In this document: one piece after another, positions 25,996 to 36,510 of the stretch
Position numbering within the stretch: the stretch's first letter is position 1
Layout of the letters: each line of letters begins with the position of its first letter
Origin: Azolla caroliniana
Lineage: Eukaryota > Plantae > Polypodiophyta
Direction: 5' to 3'
NCBI GenBank assembly: GCA_043228905.1
Contig: JBHGNT010000016.1
Span: 9,920,001 to 9,984,000 of the forward strand
Length of the DNA stretch: 64,000 bases
Notes under the pieces: generated by a model
Told to the model about the DNA's origin: nothing
The model's input: only the letters and a program-made list of their open reading frames with translations
Database searches by the model: none
Position numbers and translations under genes: made by a program

Positions 25996-26731
25996 TGTTG
26001 AACACGGTGCTCGGCCACAACCGAGGAATAGGATCAACTCACAGAAAATAGGAAATACAAAATGCACGAAGACAATAGAGAGAAAAAGTACACAGGATGT
26101 TTTACGTGGAAAACCCTAAATGGGAAACACCACGGAAGTCCTCAAACTCCAACCATCACTATGAACAGAGATGTACAATGGTGAAGCCACAAGGCAACAA
26201 CCTTGAGCTCACTGTCTTCGCCACAGGCGGCGGTAATACACAGAGGCAACGACCTCTTCGTCTTTCTCTCTCTCTCTCTCTCTCTCGGCTGCTCTCTTCA
26301 CTCTCTCTAAGTGGAAAACAGAAAATGAGCAACAGTCACTAAACTGTTTGCCCTAAGTCATATTTATACACATATGACTTTCGGGCTATTTACAAATATA
26401 GACTCAAGGGCCCTTGGCAAACATATTCACAAATATGTCCCCGCATCCGGATCTCTCTCCGAGTACATTCATCATCCGGCTCCGTAGCCGGGGTCTTCGT
26501 CATCCGGCTCCGTAGCCGGGTCTTCGTCATCCGGCTCCGTAGCCGGGGTCTTCTCTTCGTCATCCGGCTCCGTAGCCGGGGTCTTCTCTTCGTCATCCGG
26601 CTCCGTAGCCGAGGTCTTCATCATCCGGCTCCGTAACCGGGTACTCTTCATCCTCCGGTTCCGTAACCGCAACCAGGCTTGCCGTCATTCATCTCCGGAC
26701 ATCCCATCCGGAGGGACCGAAAATCCCAACA
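25996..26731 (-). repeat. Shared central Copia LTR with expanded minisatellite
   Basis: TGTTG...CAACA; about 149 bp longer than 36511-37097 due to CATCCGGCTCCGTAGCCGGGGTCTTC repeats (about 26470-26660). Confidence 0.92.
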
Positions 26732-26883
26732 AACTCCCCCTTCACTTCGGCATGGGATGTCTCTCCAATCCGATCCTCTTCCGGCATGCTTCCAGCTTGT
26801 CGGGTGTAAGTACCTTGGTCAGCATATCCGACCCGTTCTCGTCCGTGTGGATCTTCGTCAGCGCGAACTCCTTGTCTTCTATC

Positions 26884-27308
26884 TGTCATGGCAAGACTCG
26901 AACCCATGACTTTATGCTACATGGGTCGAGCTCTTACCATTAGATTAGGAATTGTATTTTGTAGGATATTATTTTCATTTATACTTTATCATAGAAAATT
27001 GATGTATATTCCAGATCTCTCTGGAACATTCTAGAAGCTTCAAGATTATTCCTAAAAATACTATAAAAGGAGGCACAAGGCATTGTTTTGAACCAAATTG
27101 GTTCAACACCAGTCTTAAGCCTCTTAGTCGATTTGTACTTATCTTTCATATAATATAAGAGCTGTTGTCATCATCCTATTTCTCTCTCTCTCCTCTTCTC
27201 ACTTCCTCTCTCTCTCTCGGGAGTCTTACGCAGTCCCGTCCTCTTAGTACTAATAGTACTACTCTCCTTAGTACTAATTCCATCTCTGCTTTAGTACTAT
27301 TCCTGACA
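26884..27308 (+). repeat. 5' LTR of chromovirus
   Basis: Direct repeat of 32117-32541; TATA box CTATAAAAGG at 27061. Confidence 0.97.
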
Positions 27309-27321
27309 GTTTGAACCAATT
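27309..27321 (+). promoter_or_regulatory. Non-tRNA PBS complementary to its own LTR (self-priming type)
   Basis: GTTTGAACCAATT; 11 nt complementary to AATTGGTTCAA at 27096-27106, about 35 nt downstream of the TATA box start. Confidence 0.75.
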
Positions 27322-27378
27322 TTCTCCTCTAGCCTACTTGTCACTCTCCCTCATCCTCCTACCCTTTTTCCCTATACT

Positions 27379-28536
27379 ATGGCTACTGTTAGCGCCCAAG
27401 AATACCAATCCGTTTTCTCCGAGCTACAGTGCCTAAAAGAAAAGTTTGTTGCCCTGGAACAAGAAAACCAACGGCTGATAGGGGATCTGCAACAAATCGC
27501 TCTAGAAAAACAACAAACGCAACAACAACATGGGGAGTTAGCGTTACGGGTACAACAACTCGAAGCAGCATTGCAACAACAAGGATCCAGTCCCCAAGGA
27601 TTTCATAAAGAGCCCAAGATTGGACTTCCTGTGAAATTTGATGGAACGCGTTCGCAATTCCGGGGATTCCTTAATCAGGTACGCTTAGTCATCCAGATGC
27701 ATCCTTCCCGGTATCCCACTGATGCATCTCGAGTCGGCCTAATAGGCACGCTACTTAGCGGCTCAGCCTTAGCATGGTTTGCTCCGCTTCTAGAAAAACA
27801 ATCACCCTTACTTAATAACTTTGAAGATTTTATTGGTGAGTTTAAAGCCTGCTTTGGAGACACCGACAACATCAGGACGGCGATCAACAAGATCCGGCGA
27901 TTGCGTCAAGGCGATCGTCCAGCCTCTGCCTACGCGGCGGATTTCCGCCTACTTGCTTCAGATATACCCTGGGATGATCAAGCACTAATGGAGCAATTTC
28001 GCTATGGCTTGCGAAACGATGTCAAAGATCTACTTCTAACTTTCCCCGAAGAACCAAAGTCTCTTACGGAGGCAATCAGTCGAGCAGTTCGATGTGACAA
28101 CCGCCTTTTTGAACGGCGTTCAGAACGTCAATTACAGATACCACGCTCTAGGCCAGAGCCCACTTACGCCGCAGTCGCGGCTAAACCGTTTGCACGAGAC
28201 ACACCTCAAGCAAATACTTCGACACCGATGGAGATCGATACCATGCGTCGACGCGGCCCGTTATCGGAAGAAGAAAAGCAACGACGACGTGCCAATCGAT
28301 TATGTCTTTATTGCGGTGGACCAGGACATATCGCCATCAATTGTACCCATAGGCCAAGAAGACAGGTAAATCAAATCGTCGCCTGTACTAAACCCGAGTC
28401 AATTCTTCCCTTTGGAGTGTCTGATAGTATTAATAGTACTAATAGAGTGTCAGATAGTATTCATAGTACTAATAGCCCAAGTATCTCAAATAAATTTGAA
28501 ATCCTTAGTCAATTAGATGAAGAGTTAAACGATTGA
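27379..28536 (+). CDS. Chromovirus Gag (385 aa)
   Basis: N-terminal coiled coil, PVKFDG..FRGFLNQ capsid, PMEID, CLYCGGPGHIAINC zinc knuckle. Confidence 0.95.
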   Translation: MATVSAQEYQSVFSELQCLKEKFVALEQENQRLIGDLQQIALEKQQTQQQHGELALRVQQLEAALQQQGSSPQGFHKEPKIGLPVKFDGTRSQFRGFLNQVRLVIQMHPSRYPTDASRVGLIGTLLSGSALAWFAPLLEKQSPLLNNFEDFIGEFKACFGDTDNIRTAINKIRRLRQGDRPASAYAADFRLLASDIPWDDQALMEQFRYGLRNDVKDLLLTFPEEPKSLTEAISRAVRCDNRLFERRSERQLQIPRSRPEPTYAAVAAKPFARDTPQANTSTPMEIDTMRRRGPLSEEEKQRRRANRLCLYCGGPGHIAINCTHRPRRQVNQIVACTKPESILPFGVSDSINSTNRVSDSIHSTNSPSISNKFEILSQLDEELND

Positions 28537-28578
28537 GTCCAGCCAAAATAGGAGCCATTTGGTTGGACAGCAGCCCTA
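28524..28578 (+). promoter_or_regulatory. Putative -1 ribosomal frameshift signal
   Basis: In-phase G TTA AAC, 6-nt spacer, 11-bp stem 28537-28547/28558-28568; pol lies in the -1 frame and is open only from 28521. Confidence 0.75.
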
Positions 28579-31500
28579 GATCTGTACAGCCCATTAGTGG
28601 TTCCATTCCTTCCAAGCAAGTTAGCAATGTGTTCCTAGCCCAAGTGATTGTTAGTACTAAAAGTACTCCCCCAGTACCCGTCCTAGCACTTCTAGATTCC
28701 GGAGCTAATTCCTGTTTCATGGATCGAAATTTTGCCCAAGCTTCTCAGATATCCTTAAGAAAACTTCCTTGTCCCGCATCTGTAGTGGTCATTGATGGTC
28801 GTCCCATTGCTTCCGGGAATATTGTAGAAGAATCAGAACCCATTCAAGTTGTCCTAGGTAGTTTTGTGTGTATAATATCATTTAATATAATTAGTAGTCC
28901 AGAGCATCCCATTGTCCTAGGATTACCTTGGCTTGAATTACATAATCCAGCCATAGATTGGAGAACAAGAGAAGTTCGATATCGACCACCCCAAGAATCA
29001 ACTCACCGAGTTTCGACCATTTCACTCCATCAACTACGCGAAGAAGGATCCAAGGAGGCAATGTTCCTATTTGCCATATCAGTACATCCTTCTAGCACTA
29101 TTAAGAAGGACTCCTCAATACAACTTCCGGCAAAATATCATCCTTATGCCGATGTATTTGACAAGGTAAAAGCCGGTACCCTTCCTCATCACCGTCCCTA
29201 TGACTGTCCCATCGATTTACAACCAGGAACCGAGCCACCATGGGGACCAATTTACAACTTGTCACCCACCGAGTTAGAAGTCCTTCGAGCCTACATAGAG
29301 GAGAACTTGGCAAGCGGGTTCATCCGTCATTCGAAATCTCCGGCCGGTGCACCCATCTTCTTTGTCAAGAAGAAAGATGGCTCACTTCGTCTTGTCGTTG
29401 ATTACCGCGGATTGAATAAAGTCACCATCCGGAATAGGTATGCACTTCCTCTTATATCAAGTCTTTTAGAGCGAGTTAATGGTGCCAAGTTTTTTACTAA
29501 AATCGACCTACGAGGAGCGTATAATCTCGTGCGGATCCGACCGGGAGATGAGTGGAAGACCGCTTTTCGCACGCGGTATGGGCATTTCGAGTATACTGTT
29601 ATGCCGTTTGGCTTAACCAATGCACCCGCAGTCTTCCAACACATGGCAAATGATATATTCAGAGACCTCTTGGATATCTGTTTGATCATTTATCTGGATG
29701 ATCTGTTGATTTATTCGAAGACCCAGGAAGAGCACGATTCTCATGTACTATTAGTACTAAAGCGACTCCGCGAGAATGGTCTTTATGCCAAGCTAGAGAA
29801 ATGTAGCTTTGACTGCAAGCAAGTGGAATTTCTAGGCTACGTCATCTCCTCAAAGGGCATCGCCATGGATCCAGCTAAAATCCAAACTGTACTAGAGTGG
29901 CAAATTCCACGGTCGGTACGAGATGTACAATGTTTTCTAGGCTTTGCTAACTTCTACCGTAAGTTTATACAGGATTACTCGAAGATTATTTTACCTCTCA
30001 CACAACTTACGAAGAAGGGCCAAGCATTTCTTTGGTCCATCGAAGCAGATATGGCTTTTCGGCATCTTAAGAAAGCCTTTACATCAGCACCGATTCTAGC
30101 TCATGTGGATACAAGCAAACCATTCATCATGGAGGCCGACGCATCAGATTTCGCCCTCGGTAGCATCCTTTCTCAACAAGGCGATAAAGAAGAGTTGCAT
30201 CCGGTGGCTTTCCATTCGCGCAAATTCAATGTCGCAGAAATCAACTACGAAATACATGACAAGGAGTTATTAGCCATCGTGGATTCATTTGTACAATGGC
30301 GGCATTTCTTAGAGGGCTCTCCACATCAGGTCATTGTCTTTAGCGATCATAAAAATCTTGCTTATTTCAAGAACGCTCGCGTACTAAATCGACGGCAAGC
30401 TCGGTGGGCGCAATTCCTCACGCGTTTCAACTTTGAAATCACATATCGACCGGGGAAGCAGCAAGGAAAAGCAGATGCACTATCACGGCGTTCATATCTT
30501 GCACCTCGTCCTGGTGACGCAACATTTGATAATCAAAAGCAAGTAATCTTGGGACCAACACGATTGCACACGACGCGGATTTTTCACACCCCGATGGATT
30601 CACGGATTACCGATGACATACGTGCAACCTTGAAGACGGATAGTTTTGCTCAAGACATCCTGGCGCACATTGATACTTCTCGGGCATCCTGTTCTCAGTC
30701 TCAACAACCAGGTATTGACTACCGACAATTCGAATATCATGATGGTCTGTTATTCTTTAAAAAGCGCGTATATGTCCCCGATTGCTCCTGTCGCCTTCAA
30801 ATCGTCCAACATTGTCACGACACCCATACGGCGGGACATTTCGGTAGTACCAAGACGTTGGAGTTAGTGCAGCGATCTTTTTGGTGGCCCCACATGCGCC
30901 GTTTTGTCGACGACTACGTTCGGACCTGTGATGCTTGCTGCCGAGCAAAGATGCCACGACACCATCCATATGGCTTGTTGGAACCTTTACCAATTCCAAG
31001 TAAGCCATGGCAGTCTATTTGTCTTGATTTTATTACAGATCTGCCGGTCTCGAAGGGGTTCGATGCTATCCTAACCGTCGTCGATCGATATACGAAGATG
31101 GCACATTTTGTGCCATGTACTAAAGCCATCACTAGCGAGGAAACCGCCGCTCTTGTTATGCGTGAGGTATTTCGGCATCATGGCCTACCAGACAGTATTA
31201 TCAGTGACCGAGGCCCGCAGTTTGTCTCCAAATTTTGGCAGCATCTCTTCAGGATGCTCAAGGTCTCCTGCAACCTCTCCTCCGGCTACCATCCTCAAAC
31301 TGACGGACAGGCGGAACGAACAAACCAAACGTTGGAGCAATATCTCCGGTGTTTCCTGAGTTATCAACAGGACGATTGGGCCGAGATTCTCCACTTTGCG
31401 GAGTTTGCGTATAATAATGCTATTCACTCCTCGACTCGGGTCTCCCCATTTCTCGCTTATACCGGTTTCCATCCTCGCTGGTCGGTGATCGACACTCCGG

Positions 31501-32105
31501 AGCTACCTACCAACCCTCGTGCCGAGGACCATTTGGAGAGGCTACGCAAGATCCAGATGGATCTCTCTACTCACCTTCGTCATGCTCAACACACACAGAA
31601 GACTTATGCAGATCGTCATCGGATTCCCTCCTCTTTTGCCATCGGAGATCGAGTATGGCTCTTACGTCGTCACATCAAGACTACTCGACCGTGCGACAAG
31701 TTGGATTATCGACGACTCGGTCCTTTCCGTATTACGGGGAAGATTAATGATGTCACCTTCCGCCTGGATCTCCCTCCACAGCTTCAGATACATCCGGTTT
31801 TCCACTGTTCTCTTCTTGAACCTTATAAAGCAAACACCATTCCCGATCGTGTGACACCGCCGCCGCCCCCGCTGGAGTTGGACGCTGGCCCGGAGTATGA
31901 AGTTGCTGCCATCCTCGATTCCAAACTTGTTCGCAACAAACTTTATTACTTGGTCGATTGGCTCGGTTATAGTCCGAGCGAACGTACTTGGGAACCCGTC
32001 GAGAATGTTGCCAATGCACAAGATCTTCTTGCTGATTTCCACCGAAAGTATCCGGACAAACCCGGTCCGCAGTTAGCGCCGACTCGTTCCACTCGTCGTC
32101 GTTAA
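28524..32105 (+). CDS. Chromovirus Pol: PR-RT-RNase H-integrase-chromodomain
   Basis: LLDSGA, YLDD, EADASDFA, HHCC zinc finger, LDFI/SDRG/AER, GPF, EYEVAAILDS..YLVDWLGY..TWEP; about 1190 aa open. Confidence 0.97.
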   Translation, partial: VKRLSPAKIGAIWLDSSPRSVQPISGSIPSKQVSNVFLAQVIVSTKSTPPVPVLALLDSGANSCFMDRNFAQASQISLRKLPCPASVVVIDGRPIASGNIVEESEPIQVVLGSFVCIISFNIISSPEHPIVLGLPWLELHNPAIDWRTREVRYRPPQESTHRVSTISLHQLREEGSKEAMFLFAISVHPSSTIKKDSSIQLPAKYHPYADVFDKVKAGTLPHHRPYDCPIDLQPGTEPPWGPIYNLSPTELEVLRAYIEENLASGFIRHSKSPAGAPIFFVKKKDGSLRLVVDYRGLNKVTIRNRYALPLISSLLERVNGAKFFTKIDLRGAYNLVRIRPGDEWKTAFRTRYGHFEYTVMPFGLTNAPAVFQHMANDIFRDLLDICLIIYLDDLLIYSKTQEEHDSHVLLVLKRLRENGLYAKLEKCSFDCKQVEFLGYVISSKGIAMDPAKIQTVLEWQIPRSVRDVQCFLGFANFYRKFIQDYSKIILPLTQLTKKGQAFLWSIEADMAFRHLKKAFTSAPILAHVDTSKPFIMEADASDFALGSILSQQGDKEELHPVAFHSRKFNVAEINYEIHDKELLAIVDSFVQWRHFLEGSPHQVIVFSDHKNLAYFKNARVLNRRQARWAQFLTRFNFEITYRPGKQQGKADALSRRSYLAPRPGDATFDNQKQVILGPTRLHTTRIFHTPMDSRITDDIRATLKTDSFAQDILAHIDTSRASCSQSQQPGIDYRQFEYHDGLLFFKKRVYVPDCSCRLQIVQHCHDTHTAGHFGSTKTLELVQRSFWWPHMRRFVDDYVRTCDACCRAKMPRHHPYGLLEPLPIPSKPWQSICLDFITDLPVSKGFDAILTVVDRYTKMAHFVPCTKAITSEETAALVMREVFRHHGLPDSIISDRGPQFVSKFWQHLFRMLKVSCNLSSGYHPQTDGQAERTNQTLEQYLRCFLSYQQDDWAEILHFAEFAYNNAIHSSTRVSPFLAYTGFHPRWSVIDTPELPTNPRAEDHLERLRKIQMDLSTHLRHAQHTQKTYADRHRIPSSFAIGDRVWLLRRHIKTTRPCDKLDYRRLGPFRITGKINDVTFRLDLPPQLQIHPVFHCSLLEPYKANTIPDRVTPPPPPLELDAGPEYEVAAILDSKLVRNKLYYLVDWLGYSPSERTWEPVENVANAQDLLADFHRKYPDKPGPQLAPTRSTRRR

Positions 32106-32116
32106 GGGGGAGATAG

Positions 32117-32541
32117 TGTCATGGCAAGACTCGAACCCATGACTTTATGCTACATGGGTCGAGCTCTTACCATTAGATTAGGAATTGTATTTTGTAGGAT
32201 ATTATTTTCATTTATACTTTATCATAGAAAATTGATGTATATTCCAGATCTCTCTGGAACATTCTAGAAGCTTCAAGATTATTCCTAAAAATACTATAAA
32301 AGGAGGCACAAGGCATTGTTTTGAACCAAATTGGTTCAACACCAGTCTTAAGCCTCTTAGTCGATTTGTACTTATCTTTCATATAATATAAGAGCTGTTG
32401 TCATCATCCTATTTCTCTCTCTCTCCTCTTCTCACTTCCTCTCTCTCTCTCGGGAGTCTTACGCAGTCCCGTCCTCTTAGTACTAATAGTACTACTCTCC
32501 TTAGTACTAATTCCATCTCTGCTTTAGTACTATTCCTGACA
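32117..32541 (+). repeat. 3' LTR of chromovirus
   Basis: Identical by eye to 26884-27308. Confidence 0.97.
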
Positions 32542-35500
32542 CTATCCTTTCCCGGATCCAGTGATATCTACGCTGGATGTGCTTCGTCCGGGAGTGATAG
32601 GCCGCATTCTTCGCAAGGTGGATGGCACTCTGACTGTCGCAGTAGAGTCGGTACTCCTCGTGCCGGATACCGAGCTCTCTAATGAAGTCCTTCATCCACA
32701 TTATTTCCTTGCCGGCTTCAACGGCCGCGATGTACTCCGCCTCCGTGGTTGACAACGCAACCGTCTTCTGCAGCCTCGATTGCCACGAAACAGCTCCCCC
32801 TGCATACGTCATCACATACCCTGATGTGGACCGGCTGGTATCTGCATCGGCCGACATATCCGAATCGGTAAAGCCGTCGAGTTCGGGCTTACCGGAGCCG
32901 AATCGGAGGCATACGTTTGCCGTGCCCTTCAGGTATCGGAGTATCCACTTGGCCGCGTTCCAGTGCTCTTTGCCGGGATTGCTCATGTACCGGCTCACCA
33001 CTCCGACTGCATATCCTATGTCCGGTCTTGTACACACCATTGCGTACATCAAGCTTCCGACGGCAGAGGCATATGGCACTTTCATCATGTCCTCCTTCTC
33101 AGCCTTTGTCTTGGGGCTTTGCTTGCTGGACAACTTGTAGTTTGCCAGGAGGGTTGAACCGACCGGTCTTGCTTTCGACATGTTGAACCGGTGAAGCACC
33201 TTTGTCACATACTTCTCCTGTGACAGCCACAACTGCTTCTTCTTCCGATCCCGGATGATGTGCATCCCTAGTATTTGCCTCGCCGGACCCAGGTCCTTCA
33301 TTGAGAAGGTTCGGTGAAGCGCTTTCTTCAGCATCTGTATCTTGACCTGGTCCCATCCGACGATCAACATGTCATCCACGTACAGGAGGAGTATTAGAAA
33401 GTCTCCTCCTTCGAACTTCTTCACAAACACGCAGTGATCGGACTGCGTTTTGTGGTACCCTTCGTCGGTCATGAAAGAGTCGAACTTCCGGTACCATTGC
33501 CGGGGAGCCTGCTTCAGTCCGTAAAGGCTCTTCTTCAACCGGCATACCAGGTGCTCCTTCCCTTTCTTCTCGAATCCTTCCGGTTGCTGCATGTAGATCT
33601 ATTCTTCGAGGTCACCGTGAAGGAATGTCGTCTTCACGTCCATCTGTTCTACCTCGAGGTCCATGCTTGCCGCTATGCTCAGCACCGTCCGGATGGAGGT
33701 CATCTTCACTACCGGGGCAAATATCTCGTCGAAGTCGACGCCCTTCTTCTGCTGAAACCCCTTCACCACGATCCTGGCTTTGTATCTCGGGGGGTTTCCG
33801 GCATCTCCCGGTTTCAGCTTGAACACCCACTTGTTTCGAAGTGCCCGCTTTCCTTTCGGCAACTCCACAAGTTCATATGTGTGGTTCTCATGCAGGGAAT
33901 CCATCTCTTCCTGCATGGCACTTAACCACCTGCGGCTATGGGTGTCAAGCTTTGCTTCTTCAAAACTCTCCGGCTCCCCCTCGTCGGTTAGAAGCACGTG
34001 CTCTGGTTCCGGAAATCTCCGGGGGGGCCTTCTCTCTCTTAGAGGATATCTCCGTTCCGGAGCTTCGGTAACCGGCTCCTCCGTTTCCTCTTCATCCGAA
34101 TCCATTTCGGGATCGGGGCCGGTTCCGGTATCAGTTTCATCTTCCTCGGCCGGTTCTGTTTCTTCACCGTCTTCGGCCGGATCCTCGAGTGCTAACCGGT
34201 CCCTTGCCGGTCGGGACTGCTCCTCGTAGAGTTGATCCTCACCGGACGACTTGGAGCTCTTCATCTTCTTCTCCGACTCACAGTCGGCGAGTGTCTTGTC
34301 CTCCATGAAGATGATATCACGGCTCCGGAATATCTTTTTGTCGACCGGGTCCCATACTCGGTAGCCGAACTCGTCGTCGCCGTAACCGAGGAATATGCAT
34401 GGCCGGGTCTTTGGGTCTAGCTTTCCTCTCCGGTCCTTTGCCACATGCACATATGCGAGACACCCGAACACCTTCAGATGCCGGTAGGATACTTCCCTAC
34501 CGGTCCACACTCTCTGCGGCGTGTCTCCGTCCAAAGGTACTCAGGGTGATCTGTTTATCACGTATGTCGCCGTCGACATTGCCTCAGCCCAAAACCCCTT
34601 GGGTAATTTCGCATGCGCCAGCATACTCCGGACCCTCTCCATTATGGTCCGGTTCATCCTCTCGGCCAGCCCGTTCAGTTCCGGCGTCTTCGGCACAGTA
34701 AACTCGAGCCGGATTCCCTTCGAGCGACAGTACTCCTCGAACTGCCCCCGGTATTCCCCTCCGTTATCCGCTCGTATCGCTTTCAGCTCCTTGCTGGATT
34801 CCCTTTCCACTCTCGCGTGGAGTTCTTTGAAGACGGACAATACTTGGTCCTTTGTCTTCAACGGTGCCGTCCACAGCTTCCGGCTATGGTCATCTATGAA
34901 TGTTACGAAGTACTGGGCTCCGCCATGTGACTTCGTTTCTACCTGACACACATCAGTGTGTACCAACTCCAATGGTACACTACGTCTCGTCGGTGGCCTT
35001 GAGTGGAAGGAGGTTCGGTTCTGTTTACCGGCCAGGCAATCGGTGCACTTCTCCAGGTGCACATGCTTCACTGGAATAAGGTTGTCTTCTGCAAGCCTCT
35101 TCATCCCCTTCTCACTCATGTGACACAGTCTCTTGTGCCACAGCTCACCGGCAGTATCGGCTGCCACGTTCAGCTCCTCTGGACATAGCCGGGAATTCAT
35201 CAGGTACAGTGTGTTGACCTTCCGGGCCCGAGCCACTATCAGGCTCCCTTTGCTGAACTTCATGACACCGTTCCGGATGCTACCCGTGTAGCCTTCATCG
35301 TCTAGCCTCCCGGCCGAAATCAGGTTCAATCGGACCTCCGGAACGTGTCGTACATCCTTCAGCAGCATCTTGCATCCGGTTGATGTCATCAGCCACACGT
35401 CTCCTATGCCGGCAATCCGACATGTGCCTTCATTTCCCATCCGGACACAGCCGTGCTCACCGGTTGTATAGGATGAGAAGTATTTCTTCTCCGGGGGTCA

Positions 35501-36479
35501 GGTGGAACGACGCTCCGGAATCGACCACCCAGGTCATCTCTACACCGGCAAGGTTCAGCTCCCTCTCTTCGGTAATGAGCATTATCTCTTCTTCACTTGC
35601 CGCGAGTGCCGTCGTTCCTTTCCGGTCCTGCCCTCGCCGATCCGGACCTCTCCGGTCCGTGGCTCCCCGGTATGCACCGTTTCTCTCCGGTGACTTCTTC
35701 GAATCGGTGTCGTCGGCTCCGTTGTCCTTTCGGTAATGCCGACAATTCTTCCGGAAGTGCCCCGGCTTCCCACAGTAGAAGCATGTAGGTCTTCCGCTTG
35801 ACTGCGACCGGGTCCCCGACTTCTCCCGTCTTTGCGGACTCCGGTTCCATTGTCTTCCCCGATCCGATTCGGTAAGCAGCATCTTCGGATCGGAAACCGG
35901 TTCTTTATCTCTCCGACGCGCTTCTTCGTTCAAAATGCTTGTCTTTACCGTTTGTAGAGACAAGTTATCTTCGGTGCAGGAGGTGCTGAGAGTCACCACC
36001 AAGTTCTCCCAGCTTTCCGGCAATGTACACATCAGAATGATGGCTTGCATTGCATCCTCCAACGGGAACTTGATCGCCGCAAGCTGGTTCACGAATCCCA
36101 TGAACGTGCTCACGTGTTCCACCATATTCTCGCCGTCCCGGTACTTGAGGTTCACTATCTTCCTCATCAGGGAGGTCCGGTTCAACGCATTCTTCCTCTC
36201 GTAGAGGCCCGACAGCTTCTTCCACATCTCATATGCGTTGGTGTCGTTCGCCACATGTTGCAGAACACTTACATCTACATATTGCCGGATCGTCGCTACG
36301 GCTTTCCGGTTCAGGAGCTTCCACTCCGACTCTATTACCCCCTTGGGTATCTCGGCATTGTCGATCGGTTCGTACAGGTCTCGGACGATGAGAAGGTCTT
36401 CCATCTTTATCTTCCAGTCGGCGTAGTTCTGTGAGTTCAACACCATCATGCCCGGAGGCCCACTACCACCGCCTTCCAT
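32542..36479 (-). pseudogene. Copia gag-pol polyprotein, nearly intact; RNase H tail continues at 26883-26742
   Basis: YVDD, KKSLYGLKQAPRQW, SRTKHI; +1 G near 35495, stops near 34543 and 33599; tail RIEDKEFALTKIHTDENGSDMLTK lies beyond the chromovirus insertion. Confidence 0.93.
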
Positions 36480-36510
36480 TTTCTGTGTTACTGTCGCTCT
36501 GATACCACTT

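Larger units (their letters stand above)
26884..32541 (+). mobile_element. Intact young Tcn1-like chromovirus (Ty3/Gypsy)
   Basis: 425-bp LTRs TGTCA...TGACA identical by eye; TSD CTATC; uninterrupted gag and pol; PPT AAGGGGGAGATAG 32104-32116. Confidence 0.97.

Noticed and set aside
26460-26670. CRISPR-like regular repeats
   Set aside because: The units are contiguous with no unique spacers and lie within a Copia LTR in plant DNA.
26884-26950. Functional tRNA gene or independent SINE insertion
   Set aside because: The acceptor and anticodon stems do not pair, there is no tail or TSD, and it is part of both LTRs.
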